DNA from: an uncultured candidate division Zixibacteria bacterium
Lineage (GTDB): Bacteria; Zixibacteria; MSB-5A5; GN15; PGXB01
NCBI GenBank assembly: GCA_963702205.1
Contig: OY969724.1
Location: 1,536,001-1,600,000 of the forward strand
Direction: 5' to 3'
DNA: 64,000 bases
A program made the position numbers and the translations under genes. The notes under the pieces were generated by a model. It was not told the origin of the DNA, did not search any database, and saw only the letters and a program-made list of their open reading frames with translations. This document shows positions 1 through 7,815 of the stretch, one piece after another (the stretch's first letter is position 1; each line of letters begins with the position of its first letter).

Positions 1-2
1 TC

Positions 3-698
3 GTGGCGGATGACGGCCTGATGCTGCCTCTGTGGTACTATACCTTCGCCGATTCTTCCATGAATAACGTCAAAATCATTTCGGCGAAAGCGCTGACCCA
101 TCCGGCCTACAGAGAAAAATTGACCCAGGTCTATCCCGATTTGACCTGTCCCGATGGTTTCAACATTACCAGCGGCGTCGATATTGAACGGCTGCCGGGT
201 TTGTTGTGCGATTTGAATCTGAATCGCGGCGACGTCTTCGTCCAGTACGGAGTGGCCGGAATCGCGGCCGATCGTCTGCAGTCGCACGGGGTGATATTTC
301 AATATCTCGACCATAAGTACGACGGCAAGCCGGATAGTGCAATTAGCGCCGGTTATATTGCCCTGGCCAATCGTATGCTGGAGGGTAACCCGAACGAAAT
401 CGGGACCATCGACTTTGTCAGCCGCTGGTTGTTTAACATGAGTGTTTATTTCAACCGTTCCGGAACACCGGGACTGGCCTGGGATTTGATGCGCACCGCA
501 CTCGAAATCGACCAGGACAATATCGAAATGCGACTGGCCCTGTCGCGCGCTCTGGCCAAAGGTGGACGATACAAAGAATCTCTGAAATATATCGCCGAAG
601 TGCTTGAAATCGATCCGTACCATCCCGAGGCCCGTCAACTCGGACACGACATCGCGGAAAAGATAAATCCGACGACCGCGACAACCCAGGGCGAATAG
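3..698 (+). CDS. C-terminal part of a TPR-containing membrane protein, probably DUF2723/TMEM260-like; truncated by the window edge
   Basis: The N-terminal 'DDGLMLPLWY' resembles the GDNDTFPLWY motif of DUF2723 proteins. TPR-like helices ('ALEIDQDNIEMRLALSRAL..GRYKESLKYIAEVLEIDPYHPEA') lie at the C-terminus. Confidence 0.55.
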   Translation: MADDGLMLPLWYYTFADSSMNNVKIISAKALTHPAYREKLTQVYPDLTCPDGFNITSGVDIERLPGLLCDLNLNRGDVFVQYGVAGIAADRLQSHGVIFQYLDHKYDGKPDSAISAGYIALANRMLEGNPNEIGTIDFVSRWLFNMSVYFNRSGTPGLAWDLMRTALEIDQDNIEMRLALSRALAKGGRYKESLKYIAEVLEIDPYHPEARQLGHDIAEKINPTTATTQGE

Positions 699-784
699 CA
701 TTTTCGCTTTCGCCCGGCATATAATCGTAATTTGACCGTGATGTTTCAATGATGTGTTGTCCGATAACACACCGAGGCTGATAT

Positions 785-2002
785 ATGCATTACAATCACA
801 AAAGGCTGATGGTCATTTCGAATCGTTATCCGGCCGGACCTGATGATATTGCCTCACCGTTCGTGCGCGATTTTCATGTCGCCCTCAAGAATCTCGATAT
901 CGAGGTCGACGTGATAACACCGCACTATGCGTCGTTCGGGGAGGGCCAGGAATACATCAATGACGACGTCCACCGGTTCGAGTTTTCAGACGGGAGGAAA
1001 TTCGTTTCGCAGATGCCGCGCTGGGCGTTGTCGACCTATATCAGTATCATGCGTTATTTCGTCAACGGCCGGATATCAGCCGAAAACCTGATGTTGCGCC
1101 GGGGTTACGACGGAATTCTGGCCCTGTGGGGGTTGCCGTCGGGTTATATCGCCCGTCAATTATCGCGCAAAAGCGGGGTGCCGTACGCGCTCTGGGCGCT
1201 GGGGACCGATATCAACATCTGGGCGCACTACCCGATTACCGGCCGCATGATAGCCAGGGTCCTCGATAATGCCGATAAATTGTATGCCGACAGTTTTGAA
1301 CTGGCCGACAAAACCGCAGCCCTGGCAAAAAGGCCGTGCCTGTTTATTCCGAGCGTGCATCGGCTCGACCTTGACGGAAATAATTATTCCACGAGAGAGA
1401 AAAGCTTCGTTTTTGTCGGGCGAATCGAGGAGTCACGAGGCGTCTTTGATTTGCTCAACGCCTTCAGAGAATTCAGCGGCGAATATCCCGGATGGAAACT
1501 GCACTGTATCGGGACTGGTCAAAGCGAACAAAGCCTCCGCCTGGCGATGGCCGCCATGGGTATGGAAGACATCGTTGAATTCCACGGCTATCTTGAACGC
1601 ACCCGTATCGACGAAATCATGCTAAAGGCGGCGGCCATGGTTATCCCGTCCCACGGTGATTCATTGCCGCTGACCTTCGGCGAGGCCATGCAGGCCAATC
1701 TGCCGGTAGTATGCTCCCGTGTCGGCGATATGCCGCATTTTGTCGATAAGTACAACGTGGGGTATCACTACCCGGCCGGAAACGTCTCCAGGCTGTGTGA
1801 CCGTTTGAAAAAAATGGCGGAAAATCATGCTCAACTCCAACCCCATTGCCGGGGATTCGTCGAGGAAATAAATATCGCGACATCCGCCCGCGAAATTTCC
1901 GCCTGGTTGGACACGGTCCGGGACCGCCGGATTAAAAAAGAAGCCGCCGATATTGTCAGCGAATGGGGCGAATGGAACCGGGTTATCCTGCCTAAAAAGT
2001 AA
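785..2002 (+). CDS. Glycosyltransferase family 4 (GT-B fold)
   Basis: GT4 signatures FVGRI and 'PSHGDSLPLTFGEAMQANLPVVCSRVGDM'. Confidence 0.9.
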   Translation: MHYNHKRLMVISNRYPAGPDDIASPFVRDFHVALKNLDIEVDVITPHYASFGEGQEYINDDVHRFEFSDGRKFVSQMPRWALSTYISIMRYFVNGRISAENLMLRRGYDGILALWGLPSGYIARQLSRKSGVPYALWALGTDINIWAHYPITGRMIARVLDNADKLYADSFELADKTAALAKRPCLFIPSVHRLDLDGNNYSTREKSFVFVGRIEESRGVFDLLNAFREFSGEYPGWKLHCIGTGQSEQSLRLAMAAMGMEDIVEFHGYLERTRIDEIMLKAAAMVIPSHGDSLPLTFGEAMQANLPVVCSRVGDMPHFVDKYNVGYHYPAGNVSRLCDRLKKMAENHAQLQPHCRGFVEEINIATSAREISAWLDTVRDRRIKKEAADIVSEWGEWNRVILPKK

Positions 2003-2036
2003 TTGCGCTTTTGGATCACCGACGTTTATTGATATC

Positions 2037-3983
2037 ATGAAAGTTGCCCTGATTATTTTCCTTTTGACGTTACTGGCAGCCGGTCTTGTGGCTCAAACCG
2101 TGCCGGACAGCGTATATGAAAATGCCGCCGTGGAACACCTGATGGCGCTTCTAAACCTCCGGCCGACCGATCTGACTTTCCGCGATGATTTTTCCAAAGT
2201 CGACAGTTTCCGGCTTGAGACGGTATCGCGGCTGATGCGGGAACCGTACGGCATGATATCTTTTGCCGAGAACTCCGCCGGTATTTTATCGCCGGGCGAC
2301 CTCTCCGCAACCATGGATTTCGTATTGAAAAATCTTAAAGAATCCGGCAAGGAGACACCGCCCAGTGCCGGCAAAGAAGAAGCCTTTGAAGACACCGGCA
2401 CCAATCTGTACTATCAATCGCTGGAATTCAATCGGCTTTTGACGACCGTGAAAAAGGCCATCAAGGGTAATATAGTACCGGCCCAGAGAGCGGCTTTTGG
2501 TAAATTAAGTTCTGAGCAAAAATCGTTTTTGACGACCCGATTTAAAGATATGATTCTCGAAGATACCTCTGATGCTTCAAAGGCGGTCGACGTGCTCGAT
2601 TCTCTCCAAAAGCTGGAAGAAGGATATTTGAAAGATTTCACTGAGTTCGGGCAGTCGATCGATCAGACTCAGCTGGTTCGAGCCGGGGCCGCGTCATCGG
2701 TGGATATTTACAATGAACTTATCAGATTTTTGCGGGATGTTCGCGAACAGGGGATATCGTACTCGGACATCCTGAAGGATACGGTCGACCTGCCACAGCG
2801 GACCGGACTCCCGGAATTTCTGGGCCGTGAGAAAGGCTGGAAAATAGGGGGGACGGGGGACGACGTTTATCGCGGGGATTATGAATTTATTTTCGATTTT
2901 GGCGGCAACGATCACTACGAGCTGGAATATAATGCCGCGCACCCGCATCCGTGCATAATCATCGACCTGTCCGGCGATGACGACTATCAGGCGAAATCGG
3001 ATTTTAATTTCGGCTCAGGGTGCATGTCGGTGGGGATTTTGATCGATCTGGAAGGTGACGACGTTTACAAGGCCAACAATTTTTCGTGTGGCTCCGGCTT
3101 TTTCGGTTTCGGTCTGTTGTATGACGGTGCCGGCGGAGACAGGTACCTCGGGGATACTCACTGTCAGGGAGCCGGAGTGTTCGGAGCCGGGGTGCTGATC
3201 GACAAGTCCGGGACGGACCTCTATAACGCTGCTTTGTTTTCGCAGGGAGTTGGCTTGACCGAAGGGATAGGCTTGCTTGTCGATTACACCGGCAACGATA
3301 ATTATGTCATCACTGACAAATACGCGGAAACGTACGGACTGGCCGGGAACAACCAGCACTTTCTGTCGCTGTCACAGGGTTTCGGTTACGGCATGCGGCC
3401 GTACATGTCGGGCGGGATCGGTATCATCGCCGACTTCGGCGGCAACGATAATTACAAGGCCGATATTTTCGGTCAGGGGGGCAGCTACTGGTGGGGGCTG
3501 GGCATGATCTACGACGACAATGGCAACGATAATTACGTGGCGCACCAGTATGCTCAGGGTGCCGGGATACATCTCTCTCTCGGGATTTTGTTCGACCGGG
3601 AAGGCGATGATTTCCGCAAAGGCAAGGGTCTGATGCAGGGGTGCGGTCACGATTACGGTTGCGGGATTATTGTCGATCGCAACGGTAATGATATATATGA
3701 CGCTTTCGATTTGTCACAGGGTGCCGGGCAAGCCAACGGGTTAGGGATTCTTATCGATGATCGCGGTGAGGACGCTTATTACGTCATGCGCAGGAACAAT
3801 ACCCAGGGTTACGGCAACCCGCGCCGGGATTTTGGGTCAATCGGCCTGTTCCTCGATTTGAGCGGAACCGATCATTATGACGGCAACGGCGGCGACCACA
3901 TGTACTGGAATACCGGTTCCAAATGGGGCGGGGGGATGGATTGGAATTTTATCAAAGAGGATACGACCAATGCGACCCCGTAG
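2037..3983 (+). CDS. Secreted protein with ~12-13 Gly-rich DxxGxDxY repeats (probable Ca-binding beta-solenoid)
   Basis: Start moved to ATG 2037, which gives the signal peptide MKVALIIFLLTLLAAGLVAQ. Repeats include DFGGNDHY, DLSGDDDY, DLEGDDVY, DYTGNDNY, DDNGNDNY and DRNGNDIY. Confidence 0.8.
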   Translation: MKVALIIFLLTLLAAGLVAQTVPDSVYENAAVEHLMALLNLRPTDLTFRDDFSKVDSFRLETVSRLMREPYGMISFAENSAGILSPGDLSATMDFVLKNLKESGKETPPSAGKEEAFEDTGTNLYYQSLEFNRLLTTVKKAIKGNIVPAQRAAFGKLSSEQKSFLTTRFKDMILEDTSDASKAVDVLDSLQKLEEGYLKDFTEFGQSIDQTQLVRAGAASSVDIYNELIRFLRDVREQGISYSDILKDTVDLPQRTGLPEFLGREKGWKIGGTGDDVYRGDYEFIFDFGGNDHYELEYNAAHPHPCIIIDLSGDDDYQAKSDFNFGSGCMSVGILIDLEGDDVYKANNFSCGSGFFGFGLLYDGAGGDRYLGDTHCQGAGVFGAGVLIDKSGTDLYNAALFSQGVGLTEGIGLLVDYTGNDNYVITDKYAETYGLAGNNQHFLSLSQGFGYGMRPYMSGGIGIIADFGGNDNYKADIFGQGGSYWWGLGMIYDDNGNDNYVAHQYAQGAGIHLSLGILFDREGDDFRKGKGLMQGCGHDYGCGIIVDRNGNDIYDAFDLSQGAGQANGLGILIDDRGEDAYYVMRRNNTQGYGNPRRDFGSIGLFLDLSGTDHYDGNGGDHMYWNTGSKWGGGMDWNFIKEDTTNATP

Positions 3984-4902
3984 GAATCCAATCAGTACAA
4001 TCGTCTTTCTGGCTCTGCTGCTTTGCATTTCCGGAAGCGTCCTGGCGCAAACCGATATCAACAGGAAAGTCGATTCTCTGTTTATTATCGCGTCGTCGGG
4101 TGAGATTAAATACCGCGATATGGTCGCTCCGGCGATAGATTCATTGGCCGCTATGGGCAAGCAGGCGGTGCCGAGGCTGATCGAGCTGTATGGTACACAG
4201 GTGGCGCGGGAACGGCATACTCTGAACACCATTTTCGAAAAGATCGGGCACGATGCCGTGCCGTATTTAATAAAGGCTTTAGACACGAACGACAAAGAGC
4301 TGCTCAGCCGCCTGTGTTATACGTTGGGCAATATCAAAGACTCGATGGCGGTCGATGCCATGATGAGCAAGGTGAAAGATGACGACTGGGGGGTTCGTTC
4401 CAATGCCGTGGCGGCTTTAGGGCAAATCGGTAGTATGAGAGCGGCCAATGACATTATTGCGGCGTTGGGAGATTCGGTGGGAACGGTGCGAAAATCCGCG
4501 GCGGTCGCGGCAGGAAGGATAGGGATCAGAGACGCCGCCCCGCAATTGGTGCATATGCTTGGTGACGAACACTATGGTCCCCGTATGGTCGCCGCCGACG
4601 CGCTGCTCAAAATGCCCGACACGGCCGTCTTTGTTATATCGGACTCGATAAATTCCTCCAATGATTTGGTAGGCAATCTGGGCATCACGGTTCTGGGGAA
4701 GATTGGCGGCGAGGCCGCCGCATACCGGGTCGGCCTGGAACTTCAGTCGCCGTCGCCGATCCGCCGCGCCTTAGCGGCCGAGGCGCTGTACGATGCCAAT
4801 TCGTCGCTGGCCTGCGGCTTTCTCGAAAATCTTAAAAGCACCGAGACCGATTCCACCGTAATATTTTTCATGAACCGGGCCCTCGAAAAATATGCTCCGT
4901 GA
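3970..4902 (+). CDS. Exported HEAT/PBS-lyase repeat protein
   Basis: Start moved to ATG 3970, which overlaps the upstream gene and gives a signal peptide ending VLA-Q. Repeats 'DDDWGVRSNAVAALGQIG' and 'DSVGTVRKSAAVAAGRIG'. Confidence 0.85.
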   Translation: MRPRRNPISTIVFLALLLCISGSVLAQTDINRKVDSLFIIASSGEIKYRDMVAPAIDSLAAMGKQAVPRLIELYGTQVARERHTLNTIFEKIGHDAVPYLIKALDTNDKELLSRLCYTLGNIKDSMAVDAMMSKVKDDDWGVRSNAVAALGQIGSMRAANDIIAALGDSVGTVRKSAAVAAGRIGIRDAAPQLVHMLGDEHYGPRMVAADALLKMPDTAVFVISDSINSSNDLVGNLGITVLGKIGGEAAAYRVGLELQSPSPIRRALAAEALYDANSSLACGFLENLKSTETDSTVIFFMNRALEKYAP

Positions 4903-6115
4903 TAAATTAAACCGCCTGTCTCAGCACCTGGGAACTCGGTCGGAAAGTGATCAAACCGCGACCGGGGCCGACAGGTATGAAACGCTATCCGATTTTCTCG
5001 GTGGCAGAGTTATCCGCCGCGACGAGGGAAATTTTGTCAAAATCGAGACCGATTTCGATGAATCGTACGTTCACGGATCGTTTGCCATGTACGAAATGGA
5101 TCGAAGCATAGATTATTTGTTTCGCCATTTTTCAGAAGCTGAGCCAGGTGAGAGCATTTCCAAAAAAAATCTGCTCTTCATGGACACCGAGACAACCGGT
5201 CTGGGCGGCTCGGGGACGGTGGCCTTTTTGGTCGGACTCGGCTCTCTGACCGCCAACGGATTTCAGGTGCGACAGTATTTTCTGCCGGATTTTCCCGATG
5301 AAGCGGCGATGCTCGAAGAAATCCGCTCTGAATTCAATGACGACACGGTCATTGTCAGTTACAACGGTAAGACGTTCGATATGCCGATCCTGCGCGATCG
5401 CATGATAATCCAGAGAGTCGAACGTCATCTCGACGTGGCCGGGCACGTCGACCTGCTGCATACAGCCAGAAAACTGTTCCGCCTGCGGCTGGGCAGCTGC
5501 ACTCTGGGGAACGTGGAGCGACAGGTGTTGTCGTTTTACCGTACAGATGACATCCCCGGTGAATTGGTTCCCGGCATATATTTCAACTGGCTGGCGACGT
5601 CGGACCCCGAACTTCTGGACAAGGTCGTCGAACACAATTTGTATGATATCGTTTCCTTGTACTTCCTGATGCACCGCATTTCGGAGATACATATCAACCC
5701 GGTCGGGAAAATCGACGACAGCGATGATCTCCTGTCGCTGGTGAAGGTTTTCGAAAAGCGCAAAGAAAACAGTGAAATAGTGTCTCTTCTGAGCCGGTTC
5801 GAAGCCTCCCTGGAAACTGAGGGTCGTGGTGATATATTCATGCGGCAGGCGCTGGCGGCCAGGCGTCTGTCGGATTTTGACACATCGGTTCCGATCTGGC
5901 AGAAGGTGGCCCAATCCGGCGGCCCGGAGGGCTTTTGGGCCCATATCGAGCTGGCCAAATACTATGAACACCGGGTCCGGGACCCCAGGGCCGCCCTCGA
6001 CACGGCCCTCGCGGCGCGGTCCCTATGCCCCCCGCAGTTTTCGGTCCGCTCCGATCTCGATAAACGAATAAAAAGGCTTCAAAGTCGCCTCGACCGGCAA
6101 TATAAGTCTAAATAA
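4892..6115 (+). CDS. YprB/MrfB-like DEDD exonuclease (RNase_H_2) with C-terminal TPR-like helices
   Basis: Motifs FMDTETTGL, YNGKTFD, HVDLLH, DDIPG, HNLYDI, and C-terminal ELAKYYEH. Confidence 0.85.
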   Translation: MLRDKLNRLSQHLGTRSESDQTATGADRYETLSDFLGGRVIRRDEGNFVKIETDFDESYVHGSFAMYEMDRSIDYLFRHFSEAEPGESISKKNLLFMDTETTGLGGSGTVAFLVGLGSLTANGFQVRQYFLPDFPDEAAMLEEIRSEFNDDTVIVSYNGKTFDMPILRDRMIIQRVERHLDVAGHVDLLHTARKLFRLRLGSCTLGNVERQVLSFYRTDDIPGELVPGIYFNWLATSDPELLDKVVEHNLYDIVSLYFLMHRISEIHINPVGKIDDSDDLLSLVKVFEKRKENSEIVSLLSRFEASLETEGRGDIFMRQALAARRLSDFDTSVPIWQKVAQSGGPEGFWAHIELAKYYEHRVRDPRAALDTALAARSLCPPQFSVRSDLDKRIKRLQSRLDRQYKSK

Positions 6116-6161
6116 TACCCCCGCTTACGTCGATATAGTTATTATAAACACAGGCAGATTT

Positions 6162-7469
6162 ATGAACCATGATATACACCAGAAAGTACTGAATGACCAC
6201 CCGGAAATTGCCTCCCTTCCGCACGTTCTGGTCGAAGTTTTAAAAGTATCGGGCGACCCCGATTCCTCTGCGGCCGAGATTTCCAAAGTCATTTTAAAAG
6301 ATCCGGCGCTTACGGCCAAAATTTTGCGCGTGGTGAATTCGCCATACTACGGCAGGGTGCGCGAAGTTACCACCGTCAATCAGGCCGTGGTCACTCTTGG
6401 TGTACGTTCGGTGACGGCTATCGCGCTGTCGTCGTCGGTATACAAAATGGCCGAGACCGTCGAGGGCATGGTCAGTCGCAAGCGATTCTGGCGGCACAGC
6501 CTCGAGGTCGCTATCGCCGCGCGGATGATCGCCGAAGAAATCGGTTTCGAACCGGCCGAGGAAGCGTTTGTGGCCGGGCTGCTTCACGAAATCGGTCTTC
6601 TGGTACTGGAAGCGTCATACCCCGAAGAGTACCGCCGGATGTGGAAACAGGCTGAAGCCGGTGAACTTCTGACCGTCCTGGAACAAAAAGTCCTCGGCAC
6701 CGATCACGCCCGTGCCGGTCAGTTTTTGCTCGATCAGTGGGGTGTTCCGAGAAATATCGGTGAAGCGGTCGGTAAACATCACGCCCTGTTCGATTATGGA
6801 GCTCGGCAGTTCGATCAGATCCTCCCGCAAATAGTTCTTCTGGCCAACAATCTGTCCAAGTTTCGGGCTTATACGATGCCTCCGCCCGAGCCGAAAATGC
6901 TCGAGCGCAAAGACGCGGTGGCGTCCAACCTGAAGCTGTCGCACGCCGCACTTGCCAAAATCGAAGGCGAGTTGATTTCGATTGTGGTCCGCGAGTCCGA
7001 TTATCTCGAAATGGAAATCGGCACCCAGGCCGAAATCATGGCCGAAGCCAACCAGATGCTCTACAAGCAATTTCTTATGGTAGAAAATCTGCTTCGCGAA
7101 AACCGCCGGATGCAGCAGTCGATCGCGCACGATCAGGCCAAACGGGCGGCGCTGGAATCGCTCAAGGCGGTCTCCACGACGTTTAGCAATCATGTCAACA
7201 ATGCCACGGCGGCCATTCTCGGCCGGGCGCAGTTGATCGAAATGAGCATAAGGAACGGTCAGCTTGGCGGTAACGTCGACGGTTGTCAGACCTCGCTGAA
7301 TATCATCATGCAGTCGGTCGAGTCTATTTCTTCTTTGCTCAGCGAATTAAAACAGTTGACGGTCTTCGACGGCTCTTTCGAGCAGGAAGGCAAAACCATC
7401 CTCGACATCGAACGCGAAATCCGATCCCGCATAAATAATCTCAATAAAAAAGTCCTGACGCCCGCCTGA
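6162..7469 (+). CDS. HDOD domain protein with a C-terminal coiled coil and degenerate HisKA-like segment
   Basis: HDOD motifs DPALTAKILRVVNSPYYG, FWRHS, AGLLHEIG, GTDHA and QWGVP. Confidence 0.88.
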   Translation: MNHDIHQKVLNDHPEIASLPHVLVEVLKVSGDPDSSAAEISKVILKDPALTAKILRVVNSPYYGRVREVTTVNQAVVTLGVRSVTAIALSSSVYKMAETVEGMVSRKRFWRHSLEVAIAARMIAEEIGFEPAEEAFVAGLLHEIGLLVLEASYPEEYRRMWKQAEAGELLTVLEQKVLGTDHARAGQFLLDQWGVPRNIGEAVGKHHALFDYGARQFDQILPQIVLLANNLSKFRAYTMPPPEPKMLERKDAVASNLKLSHAALAKIEGELISIVVRESDYLEMEIGTQAEIMAEANQMLYKQFLMVENLLRENRRMQQSIAHDQAKRAALESLKAVSTTFSNHVNNATAAILGRAQLIEMSIRNGQLGGNVDGCQTSLNIIMQSVESISSLLSELKQLTVFDGSFEQEGKTILDIEREIRSRINNLNKKVLTPA

Positions 7470-7761
7470 TTTACGATCATCCGGTCCATAATTCCTCCAT
7501 TGACAGTTTTCGATTTTCCGGTATATTGAATTGATATTATTCAAGACAGCCCTTTTCCTTTACCGTCTTGAAGATCTGTTTCAGAATATATGAAACTGAT
7601 TTCTCTGTCTTGATTTACCTCACATTAATATAATATTGTCCGGCAATATTCGAGTCAAAACAGCGGCGGCCGGCACGATCTAAACGCAACGGGGGCAGCT
7701 AATTGGGCACAGGGGAATAATTTCGAGGGAATTGGCCGTGCCGCCGGACTATTGTCTCGCC

Positions 7762-7777
7762 CGGCATAAGGTTTGCA
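7762..7777 (+). promoter_or_regulatory. Putative sigma54 (-24/-12) promoter
   Basis: CGGCATAAGGTTTGCA is GG-N10-GC, close to the consensus TGGCAC-N5-TTGC, and lies ~40 bp upstream of the next start codon. Confidence 0.55.
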
Positions 7778-7815
7778 GTTTGAAGCTATGATATAAAGAT
7801 GTGAGGCAAGAATAT

